Shown here: one piece after another, positions 32,536 to 47,784 of the stretch
How positions within the stretch are numbered: position 1 is the stretch's first letter
Layout: each line of letters begins with the position of its first letter
DNA from: an uncultured Planctomycetota bacterium
Lineage (GTDB): Bacteria; Planctomycetota; Planctomycetia; Gemmatales; Gemmataceae
DNA length: 64,000 bases
Direction: 5' to 3'
Assembly (NCBI GenBank): GCA_963849325.1
Contig: CAWKHF010000012.1
Coordinates: 960,001-1,024,000, forward strand
The notes under the pieces: generated by a model
Database searches by the model: none
Told to the model about the DNA's origin: nothing
The model's input: the letters and a program-made list of their open reading frames with translations, nothing else
Made by a program: the position numbers and the translations under genes

Positions 32536-33801
32536 ATGAGGCAAGTCGTAGTCGGTTCGGTGGCGGTCCTGCTGGCCGGTTCAACCCTGGCCTTCGCCCA
32601 GGCCGAAGGAGAGACGCCGCCGGTCTCCTCGGCAGTCCCCCTCCATGCCCCGGGACCATCGCCGCTGATATTGCCTCCGCAGCCAACGCCGCCTGCTCCG
32701 ATGTCGTGGTTTTCCTTCGATCCCGTTCTCGACGGCTTCGCCACGCGCTTCTGGGTCAGCGCCGATTATCTGCTGTGGTTCATCAAGGACGCCCGGGTTC
32801 CTGCCCTCGTCACGACAGGTTCACTGACGGATGCGGTTCCCGGCGCTCTCGGTCAGCCGGGGTCGCAGACACTCTTCGGCGGCGACCCCAATTACGGCGT
32901 CCGCTCCGGCGGACGCTTCGGCGCCGGATTCTGGCTGACGCCCGATCAGACGTTTGGCGTGGACGGCAGCTTCTTCTTTCTCGGCGGCGACCGCATCCAT
33001 TTCGACGCCGCCTCGAACGGTTCGCAGGTGTTGACCCGACCGTTTTTCAACGTCAACAGCAACCGGGAAGACGCCTCCATCGTGGCCTTCCCCGGCGAAC
33101 AAGCCGGCAGCGTCGCGGCGTCGTTATCGAGTTTCCTGTGGGGCGCGGAGGCGAACGGCCGCGGCATGTTATTCCGCGGTCCCTCCTACCAGCTGAGCCT
33201 GCTTGGCGGCTTCCGCTTTCTCAGCCTGACGGAAGGGCTGCGCATGCGGGAGAAGGATGACCTCTTTCCAACCTTCGTCGATCCGGCTGCCTGGCTCACG
33301 ATCAACGATCGCTTCCATACCAGCAACCAGTTTTACGGCGGTCAGATCGGCACGGATTTTCGCTGGAACCGAGGCCGATTCTTCGTGGACGTTCTCGGCA
33401 AGGTCGCCCTGGGCGTTTCGGTTGAGAACGCCTCCATCAACGGCTGGTCCTGTTACAGCTACGCCAACGGCCCCAGCGGCAGCATCCCCATGGGACAGCT
33501 GGCCATGCCGTCCAACATGGGTCGTTGCGGTCAGGACCAGTTCGCCGTGGTGCCCGAGTTCGGTCTCAACCTCGGCTACGCCCTCACGCGCCATCTCCGC
33601 CTGACGTTCGGCTACACGTTCCTGTACTGGAGCAGCGTCTTTCGTCCGGGCGATCAGATCGACCGGGCCGCCAACCCGACCGAGGTGCCGGCCCTGCTCG
33701 GTCTCCGTCCCATGTCCGGCCCGGCTCGGCCCAACTTCACTTTCAACGCCACCGATTTTTGGGCGCAGGGACTCAACTTCGGTCTACAGTTCCGCTACTG
33801 A
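32536..33801 (+). CDS. BBP7-type planctomycete outer-membrane beta-barrel protein
   Basis: Signal peptide, [32 protein letters not shown] and C-terminal beta-signal [15 protein letters not shown]. Confidence 0.88.
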   Translation: MRQVVVGSVAVLLAGSTLAFAQAEGETPPVSSAVPLHAPGPSPLILPPQPTPPAPMSWFSFDPVLDGFATRFWVSADYLLWFIKDARVPALVTTGSLTDAVPGALGQPGSQTLFGGDPNYGVRSGGRFGAGFWLTPDQTFGVDGSFFFLGGDRIHFDAASNGSQVLTRPFFNVNSNREDASIVAFPGEQAGSVAASLSSFLWGAEANGRGMLFRGPSYQLSLLGGFRFLSLTEGLRMREKDDLFPTFVDPAAWLTINDRFHTSNQFYGGQIGTDFRWNRGRFFVDVLGKVALGVSVENASINGWSCYSYANGPSGSIPMGQLAMPSNMGRCGQDQFAVVPEFGLNLGYALTRHLRLTFGYTFLYWSSVFRPGDQIDRAANPTEVPALLGLRPMSGPARPNFTFNATDFWAQGLNFGLQFRY

Positions 33802-34706
33802 GATTTCGCGGGCGTGGAGCCGTTCTTCTTGGCCTCTTCCTTGGGCTTGTCCGTTCGCCACAACCAGCGCAGCGATTCGGGCAGAATGGCGCCGCCGTGT
33901 TTGCCGTTGTGTCCGCCGTCGCCATATTCAAACCGATAGTCGTAGCCGGCGAACTTCAGCGCCGCCGCCATCTGCTGGTTCGCCAGCGGCCAGTTACCGT
34001 GTTGATTGTCCAGGTCGTGCGAGCCATCTTGCAGGAAGACGCGGATCGGTTTGCGTTCCGTCTTGCGGATCAGGGCCGGATAGACGTGTCCGCCGTGGAT
34101 GTTCGTGAAGCTGCCGACGTGGCTGAGTACCTTGCCGAACAGGTCCGGCCGTTCCCAAGCGGCGGTGAAGGCGCAGATGCCGCCCGAGCTGATGCCGCAG
34201 ATCGCTCGCCCGGCCGCGTCCTTGCGCAGGTTGTACTCCTTGGCCACCTCCGGCAGGATCTCCTTCTCCAGGAAGCGGACATACTGGTCCGACAGCGTGT
34301 CGTACTCAAAGCTGCGGTTGCTGCGGGCCGCCTTGTCCTTGCCATTTGCTGGCATCGTCCCCGGATTGATGAAGATGCCAATCGTCACCGGCATCTCTTT
34401 TTTGTGGATGAGATTGTCGAAGACGATCGGCACGCGGAACTGCCCCTTGGGATTGACGTAGCCAACGCCGTCCTGGAAGACCATGACGCAGGCCGGCTGT
34501 TTCGGATCGTACTGGGCCGGAACGTAAACCCAGTAATCGCGCACCGTGCCGGGAAAGATGGTGCTGGTCCAGGAATGCTTGGTGACCTTGCCGTGCGGAA
34601 CGTCCGGCCGTTCCTGCGAGTCGGGTCCGAGTTGGTAATCGTCGGCGCCCCGGAGCAGAGGGACGCATAACAACAGAGAAGTGACGGCAACGAGGCAGCG
34701 CGACAT
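33795..34706 (-). CDS. Alpha/beta hydrolase (enterochelin-esterase-like), exported
   Basis: VFQDG, GISSGG nucleophile elbow and GGHNGKHG. Confidence 0.9.
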   Translation of the reverse strand: MSRCLVAVTSLLLCVPLLRGADDYQLGPDSQERPDVPHGKVTKHSWTSTIFPGTVRDYWVYVPAQYDPKQPACVMVFQDGVGYVNPKGQFRVPIVFDNLIHKKEMPVTIGIFINPGTMPANGKDKAARSNRSFEYDTLSDQYVRFLEKEILPEVAKEYNLRKDAAGRAICGISSGGICAFTAAWERPDLFGKVLSHVGSFTNIHGGHVYPALIRKTERKPIRVFLQDGSHDLDNQHGNWPLANQQMAAALKFAGYDYRFEYGDGGHNGKHGGAILPESLRWLWRTDKPKEEAKKNGSTPAKSQ

Positions 34707-34804
34707 GGACGGTCCTTTCGTGGTCCGGAGCGGGAGATCAACACGGCCGAGGGCAAAAAGCAGACTAACATGAGGCGGGGGCGCAAGCAAGCAAACCGTT
34801 GACG

Positions 34805-34860
34805 ATCCGAGCCTGAAGCGTCAGCGAAGAGATCTCTTCGCTGACGCTTCAGGCTCGGAT
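34805..34860. repeat. REP-like palindrome, family A (TCAGCG variant)
   Basis: Near-perfect hairpin directly downstream of the ABC permease stop. Confidence 0.9.
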
Positions 34861-34861
34861 T

Positions 34862-36220
34862 TTATTCGTGGCGCAGCGCCTCGATGGGATCGAGCATGGC
34901 GGCGCGGTAGGCCGGATACAGGCCAAACGCCACGCCGACGCCGACGGAGACATCAGCGACAGGAAGATCGACGGCACGTGGATCTTGGCCGGCAGGTGCG
35001 CGCTCCACAACCACTGCGACATCGCCGGCACCACGAAGACGACGACCAGGCCCGATGATCGTGCCCAGCAGGCCGCCGAGCGTCGTCTGCACCACGGCCT
35101 CGATGAGGAACTGCATGGTGATGTCGCGGCGCTTGGCGCCCAGGGCGCGGCGGATGCCGATCTCGCGCGTCCGCTCCGTCACCGTCGCCAGCATGATGTT
35201 CATGATGCCGATGCCGCCGACCACCAGCGAGATGCTGGCGATCATCACCAGCAGGCCGGTGAAGCGGCTCTTCTCGCGCTCGGCCGCCTCCAGCTTGTCC
35301 AGCGGCACCGTCACCAGCCAGTCCGGTTTGATCGTGCCGCGACAGGATCGACTTGATCAACTCGCCGGTCGGCCGCACCTTGTCGATGTCGCTGACCGTC
35401 AGCGTGACCTGGCTGAGCTCCACCTGCTCGCGCTGCAGCGAGCCGGCCTGGCGGATAGATGATGGTTTCGCCGAAGCGGGCGTTGCAGGTCGAGAGCGGG
35501 ATGTAGACGTCGTTGTTGAAGTCCTCGGCGGCTGGAGCCGCCGGTATCGCCCATCGGCGTGCGGTTGCGCAGGACGCCGACGACGACGTACAGATACTTG
35601 TCGACGCCGACGGTCTTGCCGAGCGGGTCCTCGAAGGGGAACAGCGCCTGGGCGACGTTGGCAGCCGAGCACGACGACGTTGCGCACCTTGGTCGTCGTC
35701 CTCGTCGCGGAGGAAGCGGCCCAGGGCCATCGGCAGCTCGTTGACCTGGGCGTAGCCGGCGTCGTGCCGACGGCGCGGCCGTTGAAGACACGCTGCAAGG
35801 CGGCGGATCTCCTGCGGGAAGATGCGCATGGGCACCATGCGCGTCACCGTGCCGCCCTCCTCCAGGACGGCGAAGCGCTCGTAGTCGCCCTGCGTCAGGC
35901 CGTAGATCGCCACGCGCGATCGGCTGCCGGTCGCCGAGTTCTCCGGCGGCTTGACGCTGCGGACGATGATGTTGGTCGCGCCCAGCTTGCGGATGTCGTC
36001 GAGGGCGTCCTGCATGCTGCCCTCGCCGAAGGCCATCAGGGCGATGACCGCTCCGGTGCCGATGATGATGCCCAGCACCGACAGGAAGGCGCGCAGCTTG
36101 TGCAGCCACAGGCTGCGCAGGGCCAACGCCAGGCTGCGCCGGCCCTTGTCCCAGTACAGCATCGGACCGCAGGACCAGTCCGACGACCAGGACAGCCAGG
36201 ACCGTATAAAGAAGGTACAT
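34862..36220 (-). CDS. MacB/FtsX-family ABC transporter permease; several frameshifts
   Basis: [44 protein letters not shown] and DPIEALRHE. Confidence 0.92.
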
Positions 36221-36251
36221 GCGGGTCGCTCAACGAAGGTTCGGAAACGAC

Positions 36252-37024
36252 TCACAGGCCGGCGGGATGGGCCGACGAAGCCGTTGCCGTAAAGTCGGCA
36301 TCCGCCTGGGCGAGATTGGCGCCGACGTGGCGGTGTTGGTTGCAGACTCGTCCGACTCGATGTGGCCGTCGCGCATGCGGATAACGCGCTTGGCCCAGGC
36401 GGCGATGTCGTTCTCGTGCGTGACCATGATGATGGTCTTGCCGGTCTTGTTCACTTGCTGGAGCCGTTCCATGATCTCGTCGCTGGTCTTGGAGTCGAGG
36501 TTGCCGGTCGGCTCGTCGGCGAGGATGACGTGCGGGTCGTTGACCAGGGCGCGGGCGATGGCGACGCGCTGCTGCTGGCCGCCGGACAGCTGCATGGGCC
36601 GATGGTCGAGGCGATCGCCCAGGCCGACCAGCGTCGCCAGGTGGATGCACCATTCGCGCGTCGCTTCGGTCAGCTTGATGCCCTGGTAGAGCAGCGGGAT
36701 CTCGATGTTCTCGACCACCGTGTACTGCGGCAGCAGGTTGTACGACTGGAAGATGAAGCCGAGGTAGCGGCTGCGGATCTCGGAGAGCTGGTCGTCGTCC
36801 ATCCGCGAGACGTCCTCGTCGCCGAGGAAGTAATGGCCGCTGGTGGGCCGGTCGAGGCAGCCGAGCAGGTTGAGCAGCGTCGATTTGCCGGAGCCGGACG
36901 GCCCCATGAGGGCGACGAAATCGCCCTCCTCGACCGTCAGCGACACGCCGCGCAGGGCTTGCACGGTGACGGATTCGAGGTAATAGTTTTTGACCAGGTC
37001 GAGGATGCGGACGACGTCGGCCAT
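36252..37024 (-). CDS. ABC transporter ATP-binding protein (MacB/LolD type)
   Basis: [35 protein letters not shown] and VTHE. Confidence 0.95.
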
Positions 37025-37073
37025 GTCTTCGGTTCTTTCCGGGAGAGGGATCAGCCGTTTGCGCAGCCCATCG

Positions 37074-37128
37074 GAGCCGCGACCGTCAAGGAGCGGAGAT
37101 TCTCCCCGCTCCCTGACGGTCGCGGCTC
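37074..37128. repeat. REP-like palindrome, family C (GAGCCGCGACCGTCAAGGAGCGG...)
   Basis: Related copies at 43590-43647 and 45596-45666; more distant copy at 60267-60329. Confidence 0.88.
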
Positions 37129-37139
37129 GGTTCTTGCCG

Positions 37140-39001
37140 CTAGACCCCTTGCTTGCCGCTGGGCCGTCCACCAGCCGGCCTCGCGCCGCCGGGTGCTCCA
37201 GCCGGCGCGCCGTCTGGCGAAGCACCGTCCGGCATTCCGCCCTTACCTTTGCCGCCCTTACCCTTGCCTTTGCCGCCACCGGGGGCCTCTCGCCGCCCTG
37301 GCTGCTGCGGGCCGGCAGGTTGCCGAACTCCATCCGCTCCTTCTCGGACAGCAGCACGACCGGGTTGAGGACGACCACGTCGCCCTCGTTCAACCCCTCC
37401 TTGACCTCGACCATCTTCTCGTTGCTCAAGCCGAGCCGGATCTCGCGCATGCGCGGTCCCTCGGGCGTCATGACGAAGCACTTGCGCTTCTCGCCCATCT
37501 CCACCGAACCCATCACCGCTTGCAGCGGTAGGGCCAGCACCGGTTCCTTCTGGCTGTCCACGAAGATGGTCACCTCCGCGTCCATACCGGGCTTGACCCC
37601 ATCGAGCGACTCATCGATGGAGATGTACGTCTGGTAGACCTTGACGTCGGAACCAAAGAGGTCCGTCTGCGAGGCGACGGTCGCCACCGATTTGACGTGG
37701 GCCTTGAGCGGACGGTCGGAGAAGGCGTTGACGCGCACCTGGGCCTCCTGACCGCGGGTGACCAATTTCGATTCTGCTCGGCGGTGATCGACGATGAATT
37801 GGGTGCGGAAGTCGGTCTGGAAGGCGGCGGCGCTGGAGATGGCCCCGAGCAGGTCCGGCTGCAGAGACAGGCCGAACTCGACTGCGGTGCTGAAGCCAGT
37901 CTCCCGGCGAACGTCGCCGCGGACGCGCGAAACCATGGACTCGTGGACGCGGGAATTGGCGACCATGTGCGACAGGTCGGGGATGGTCATCAGTTTTTGC
38001 CCCTCATCCACCGCCTCGCCCTGGGCGATGATCTTTTGCTTGCCGATGCCCCAACGGGCGCGTTCCTCGATCCAGTAGACCAACATGCCCGATTTGGGAG
38101 CCCGGATGATGCACTTGTCGATTTCCTTCTCCAGATCGCGTTGCTGGTCCAGAGCCTTATCGTAAGCGAGTTGGGTCGTTTTCCGCAACACATCGGCCTT
38201 GATCCGCTTAGCCTCGGCCTGGAGGGTGGAGCGAGCCAACTTCCGTTTCGCTTCCTCGACCTTGCCCTTGAGATCGACGTTGTTCCGCTCCAGCGTGAGC
38301 CGGTCGAGAACATCGACTTGTTTCTCGAAATTATCCAGGGTGATTTGCGCCTGAGCAGACGGGCGTGATCGGCTTCGGCCTGGGCTGTGGTGACGTACTG
38401 CCGTCCCGGCCGCGACATGCGCTCCGACCAGCCGGCCCGTTCTTCCCACATCTGCAGGTCCGACTTGGCCATGGTCCGCTTGCCGAACGAGGTCCGTCCT
38501 CGTTTGTAGATACAGACCCTCCACGTATTCTTGCAACATGATCTGGGCGACTTCCAGCAATACCTTCTGGGTTTCGATGTCGCCCATGGCCTCGCTCAGG
38601 TCGATCTTGTACTGCTCTTCCGCTTGCAACCAGGCGCCCTTGGCATTCTCCACGATGATCTGCTGAGAGGTGAGCAGGTCTTGCAAGCCGGAGTCGTCCA
38701 GGCGGACGACAACGTCGCCCTTGCTAACGATGGCACCGTTATCGGTCACCCAGCGGATGTTCGTGGCCGAAGCGCCGGTGGCGCGGGCCTTGACGGTGCA
38801 GGTGATCTCGTTGTTATCAGCCGACTCCAGGGTGCCGCGATCGACGATGGTGACCTGCAATTTTTCGCGCTTGATCGCGTGCAGGATCAGGTCGGGGCGA
38901 TGCCCTTGTTGTGGGCGAAGAAATACCAGCCGCCGAAGCTGGCGCCTCCCGCGACGGCCAGGACCAGCAAGGCGATCAGCCCTTTACTTCGCCGCTTCCA
39001 T
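37140..39001 (-). CDS. HlyD/RND periplasmic adaptor subunit; frameshifted, start uncertain
   Basis: N-terminal TM, VDRGTLES, lipoyl halves (GAIVSKGDVVVRLD; IRAPKSG), coiled coil, KPGMDAEV and GLNEGDVV. Confidence 0.85.
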
Positions 39002-41982
39002 CCCTTGCTCTTGCTGGGCAGACGGCTCGGGGCGGGGCTGGGGGAGAGGTTCGGGGCGAGGGGCGGGGAGTTGTTCGGGGGGGCTGGCGAGCCGTTGCTC
39101 TCCGGCGGATTGGCGGTTGTCAGCGGTGTTGTTGACAGATGTTGCGGCGTCATCAATCCAGACTCCACGGTTGTCCAGCGGCATCACACCCATGTCACGG
39201 TAGAGATCCATGCGATCGATCACATAGGTTATCCAGGTATTATACAGATCATTCTGCGATCGCAATAGAGAACCCTGGGTAGATAAAAGCTGGGTGGTGA
39301 GGGCGGCCGGGTCGCCGACCCGCGGTCGATCAGCCACCGGGCCGACCAACCCCTGGATGTCCGCGCCCGGCGGCGCCTGCGGCTGGTTGAACGCCTGCAA
39401 GGCCTGATCGACCTGCATGTACGCCAGCTCGATCTGCCGCTTCTGGATGCGCTGGAAGTTGTTGGCCAAGGCCCGCACCTGACGCAGATCGAAGCGGACG
39501 TTGAAGATCAACTGGTCCTCGTAGGCCATCAAATTGCGGCGAAGCTGCTGGAAAGCGACGAGGGTGCCGCGGTAGGCGTTGCGCTGATTGATGCGGACCA
39601 GGGGCGGCGTGGCGATGAAGATCAGCTCGTGACGGGTCCGCGACCCACCGAGGGCGAAGGGATTGCCGCCCAAGGCCGGCGATTGCGCGTCGAGGTGATA
39701 GTCCACGTCGAAGGTGCCCATCAGGGCGTTGGCGGCGACACGGATCTTGCGCCAGGCATCCGTCTGCTGCGCCCGCACGTTCATGAGGTCCACGCGGTAG
39801 TTCATGGTGGTCCGCTCCACCGCCAGCAGGGCCTCGGTCTCCGGCGCTGAGCAGGTCCACGCCCTCGGCGCGCACGGCCGGCAGAGCGGGCCACATCTCC
39901 TTGATGCCCTGCTGGCGCTCGATGAAGGCTTTATCGACGACGGCGAGGAGGTAACGATAAACCCGACGGAATTCCTCGTTGGCCCGCAACTGCCGTTCCA
40001 CGGGGTTCTTGATCGAACTCCAAGGCTCCGTCTCGTAGACACTCAGGAAGTACTCCAACCGTCCCAGGTCCGACTCCATGTAAATCTCATCCAGGCGGCG
40101 CAGGTCGGCCTCCGGCAGAGGCTCGCCCGGATTTTTCGCCCGCTTGATGCGCAGGGACTCGCGCTCCTTCTCCAGTTCCTTCAGCCGGGCGTCGAGCGTC
40201 TTGAGCCGGTCGTCCAAGCCCTGACCTCTGCCGAGGTTTTCCCAGTAAATCCAGCTTTTCAGGGTGCGCTCGCGCGTCCGCGTGCCACGCATCAGCGGCG
40301 TTCGATCCAGCAAGCGGTGCAGCCGATCCCGCAATTGCCGTGCATCGGTCGAACGACCGTAGAGCAGACCGTTGTAGACTACGCGCTCGAAGTCGATGGA
40401 CAGCTTTTCGTAGCCTTCGATCAGGTTAATCATCGGCTGCAACGGGCCGGGGTCCAACTCGATTGGCACCGTCAAAGGCAGACCGAGTTGCTGTTTGAGC
40501 TGATCGAGCGAGACGCGATAGCTGACGTGCTGGCCCAGCACGGTTTCGATGCTGGCCAGCAGTTGCTGCTCGATCTGGCCTTTCTGCACCTGGTTGACGA
40601 GACCGCCTTCGAGGAACACCTCGAACAGGCGGAGGAACCGTTGCAGGTTCTGAATGTTCTTGTAGTAGTTGACGAGGTTGGCGCGCTCCTGGATGGCCGA
40701 GAGATAGCCCTGTGGGGTGACGAACACGCCCGCGCCGAGGTTCGGCGCCAGGGCGGCCGTCGTGCCCACCTGGACCGTCGCCGCGTTGGTGGCCGTCAGC
40801 GAGGGAAGGATCGGCCCGCCGGCCGGGATGGTGGGTCCGGCCTGCTGTACCGTGCTGGGGTTGATGGCGACCACGCCGGCGCCGACGCCGGGGATGAAGC
40901 CGGTGGACTGCCCGGCCGCGAAGAAGACGAAGAACTCCTGACGACGGCGGTAGAAATCGCGGATGGCGTAGAGCAGATCGCGTTCGGCCTGCGTCAGGGG
41001 TTCCAGGGCGACGGCGCGGCCGCCGCCGGCCAGGAACGGCTGAACGATGTCCAGCGACACGTTGGAGGCGCTGGTCAGGCCGGGCGCCGGTGCCTCCGCC
41101 CAGGTTGTACACCGTTTGGTTGGCGAAATTCAAAAGCAGCAAGGCGCCGGTGGAGAACAGCTTGGTGAAGCCGGTCGTGCTGTTGGCGATCCAGCGGTTG
41201 GTCTGGCCGTCCACCGATTGGGCGCCGCTGCGCTCGCGGATCACCTGTTCGGTGACGAACGGCTGGGCGATGAAGGCGAAGCGCTCGGCCGTCACGGTCA
41301 GGGCCGTCAGGTACAGCTGCTCGCGGATGGTCTGGAACTCGCGGCTGTTGAAGAAGCCCAACTCGGTGACCTGCTCCATGGTCAGCAGGAACGGCTTGAA
41401 CTTCTGGTACTGGCTGGTCTGGCCCGCTTCGGGCAGGGCGGCGGTGCCCGTGACCGCCGAATTCAGCTCGCGCTCGATCTGATCGTTGACCTCGGCAGCA
41501 CGCTGGGCGAAGGTCTTGTTCTCGCCGGGCAGCAGCGGCTCTTCGCCCAGGTCTTCTTCCGCTTCCTCCTTCGCCTTCAACTCCGCATCTCTTCGCGTGC
41601 GGTTTTCGACGTCCCACTTGCGCATCAACTCCAGATAGCCGGTGCCCTGCCAGTTCTTGTAACCCTTGAGCAACGGCCTCTGCGGATGCGGCGACAGATC
41701 CCAGGCGGCGGGGTCATCCGGCGGCATGGGCGGACGATCCGGGTCGGTCGGGTCGGCGAAACGCGACAGTGGATGCGGGTACACGTAGAAGTCCTGTAGC
41801 TTCCACCAACCGGGATAGCGGTCCTTCTGAGCGAGGACGAGGTCCGCGTCGGCGTCAGCCCGTCTCCGGAAGAAACGCCGCGTACAACCGCTCAGGGGCG
41901 TGAGCAAACCAAGGACCAGCAAACTCAACAAGATCGTCCAACGGAGCCGGCCCGCTTCATGCTGTCGAAGGAAAGTCATCAT
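38984..41982 (-). CDS. Large planctomycete TolC-like outer-membrane efflux lipoprotein; frameshifted
   Basis: LSGC lipobox, RPPMPPDDP, NSREFQTIREQLYLTAL, LEPLTQAERDLLYAIR and DLMNVRAQ; first gene of the adaptor/ABC operon. Confidence 0.8.
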
Positions 41983-42180
41983 AAACAGCCCGTGCTCATG
42001 CCCGCGAATACGGAGTAACCGATAGCTTCCTTATCGGCGGCAAGGTTTGACTGGCTTTACACGAAAAAAAGGGGAGAGAGCAAATATGAGAGAATAATCA
42101 TGAGGAAGTCTTGCGCGAGGATTCGGGACATGCGTGGCGAGCGAAGTTGAGGAAGAAAATGAAGGACCGTCACGAATATA

Positions 42181-45628
<3,448 letters not shown>

Positions 45629-45777
45629 GTGCAAGCCCCCCGTTCTCTTACGGTCGCGGCTCGGTTCGCTTGCGCTAAGCCGCAAGCGGCCGCGAAGGAA
45701 AAAAGTGTATGAAATCATCCTGGCTCACGGCACTGTAAAGAGGAGACGAGTCCGGGACAGCCGAGGAAAGGAGTCTT

Positions 45778-47559
45778 ATGGCGACCCCTCCCGCGGGCAG
45801 CTTCCTCCGTCAATTACGCCGGTTGGCGCTCCGCCCGCACGACGCCGCCCTGACGGACGGCCAATTATTGCGTTCCTTTCTCAACCGCCGCGACGAGGCG
45901 GCTTTCGAGGCGCTGGTGCGGCGTCACGGGCCGATGGTCCGCGGCGTCTGTCGCCGTGTCTTGCGGAACGTCCATGATGCCGACGACGCCTTCCAAGCTG
46001 TCTTTCTGGTCCTTCTCCGCAAAGCGCCCGCTCTGGCCACGCGCGAGGTTGTCGGCGACTGGCTGCATGGAGTAGCCTACCGCACGGCCCTGAAAGCACG
46101 CGCCGCCGAAGCTCGCCGCCGGGTGAAGGAAAGGCAGACGCCTCGGCGCGAAGCGATCAAGGAAGAAAGTTGGCCGGAATGGCGGACGCTGCTCGATCAG
46201 GAGGTCGGTCGGCTGCCCGAAAAGTACCGTCTTCCCGTGGTGCTGTGCGACCTGCAAGGCCGCACGCGCAACGAGGCGGCCCGTCAACTCGGCTGGCCGG
46301 AGGGCACGCTGTCGGGCCGACTGGCGCGGGCGCGGACGATGCTGGCTCGTCGGTTGACGCGCCGCGGGATGACACTGCCAGCTGGCGCCCTGTCGGTCGT
46401 GCTGACGCGGGAAGCGGCGGCCCATCTTCCCATCTCCCTGGTTGATTCCACGTGCAAGGCCGCGATGTCGTTCGCAGCCGGTCACGCGGCGGCCGTGCCC
46501 GCCACGGTCGCCGCCCTTACGGAAGGAGTCGTGAGAGCCATGTTTCTGAGCAAGCTGAAGACCCTCTCGGTGCTCCTGGCGTCGGCCCTCGTCCTCGCGG
46601 CCGGGGTCGGCGCGTGGCGGCACACCGCGGCCGCCGGACAGACCGAGGAACGGCGAGAAGAAAAGCCCCTCCCCGTGCCGCGCGATCGTCCCAAAGTCCC
46701 CGGAATTGTCCCCGCGGTTCGCCACTTCCAAATCGATCTGCGCCTCCTACGCGAGAAGGACGGGCAACGGAAGTTGTTGGCATCTCCGCGACTGCTGGCG
46801 CGGGAGGGTAAACAGGCATCGTTCGCAACCGGCGAACCTTATTCGATCCAGGTCGGAAGGGAGAAGTATGAAGAGGTCGTCATGGGACCGGCCGTCCAAG
46901 TGCTGGTCCGTTCGGAAGAGGGACGCAGGGTCCGCCTGGACATGACGATGAGTCAACCGATACGCGGCCTCTTCGACGCGGATGTGACTGTGGAAACGAA
47001 GTCCGTCCGCGTCCTTCGCTCGCTCGAACTTGGCGAGCCGGTTGCCGTCAAGCTCAAGACGGGCGACAAGGATCAGAATGTTCTGGAAGTGACGGCAGCC
47101 ATTCGTGAGGTGGAGAAAGACACCGACGCCAACACGATTGCGGCGGCCGAAAATGATCTGAAGATGGCTGAGTTCTATCGCCGCAGCGGCCATCTCGATT
47201 CGTCGCGCTTCTACTACGAGCTAATCCGCCGGCGCTATCCCGACACCATCTACGCCGAGCGAGCCAGGGAGCGCCTGGCCGAGTTGAAAGAGCAACCGGA
47301 GAAACCCGCCGAGGCCCAAGGAAAGGAGCCGCCCCGAGTCGGGCAAATCTTCGTCCGGGGCAATGCCAAGACCCCGCAAGATGTCATCTTGAAACGATTC
47401 CCCCTTTTCCCCGGTCAGGTCTTGATCGCTTCCGACCTCCGCGACGCCGAGCGCAACCTTTCTCGGCTCAAGGGTCTCAAGAGCGCCAAGGTTGGCGTGA
47501 TGAGTGGGCAAGAAGACTCCGTGTTCAAGGACATCGAGATCATCGTGGAAGAAAAGTAA
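45778..47559 (+). CDS. ECF sigma-70 factor (Gemmata-type, TM-anchored) with secretin-like, TPR and POTRA C-terminal modules
   Basis: DEAAFEALVRRHGPMV...DAFQAVFLVL and LGWPEGTLSGRLARAR; TM segment; C-terminal VGQIFVRGNAKT...DIEIIVEEK. Confidence 0.9.
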   Translation: MATPPAGSFLRQLRRLALRPHDAALTDGQLLRSFLNRRDEAAFEALVRRHGPMVRGVCRRVLRNVHDADDAFQAVFLVLLRKAPALATREVVGDWLHGVAYRTALKARAAEARRRVKERQTPRREAIKEESWPEWRTLLDQEVGRLPEKYRLPVVLCDLQGRTRNEAARQLGWPEGTLSGRLARARTMLARRLTRRGMTLPAGALSVVLTREAAAHLPISLVDSTCKAAMSFAAGHAAAVPATVAALTEGVVRAMFLSKLKTLSVLLASALVLAAGVGAWRHTAAAGQTEERREEKPLPVPRDRPKVPGIVPAVRHFQIDLRLLREKDGQRKLLASPRLLAREGKQASFATGEPYSIQVGREKYEEVVMGPAVQVLVRSEEGRRVRLDMTMSQPIRGLFDADVTVETKSVRVLRSLELGEPVAVKLKTGDKDQNVLEVTAAIREVEKDTDANTIAAAENDLKMAEFYRRSGHLDSSRFYYELIRRRYPDTIYAERARERLAELKEQPEKPAEAQGKEPPRVGQIFVRGNAKTPQDVILKRFPLFPGQVLIASDLRDAERNLSRLKGLKSAKVGVMSGQEDSVFKDIEIIVEEK

Positions 47560-47634
47560 TACCATTCTCGCGCCCGCCGAACACGCAGCCCCCGGCTCGC
47601 CAAGGGCAGCGTACTACAACCTCCAGGGGTCTTT

Positions 47635-47691
47635 ATCGGAGCCTGAAGCGTTAGCGAAGGAAAGCCCTTCGCTAACGCTTCAGGCTCCGAT
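47635..47691. repeat. REP-like palindrome, family A (TTAGCG variant)
   Basis: Inverted arms with a compensatory change relative to the other copies. Confidence 0.88.
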
Positions 47692-47784
47692 TTATACGCT
47701 CTCCGTCCGCACACTTTTCGGGGCACCCTCGCCACGGGTCCATAGAATAACCGGTGATCCCCTTCACCTCCGAGGAGCCTCACC

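Noticed and set aside
36230..38860. 876 aa HlyD-ABC ATPase fusion in the ORF track
   Set aside because: A frameshift near 37290 leads to read-through across an intergenic REP. The adaptor has its own stop at 37140 and the ATPase its own start at 37024.
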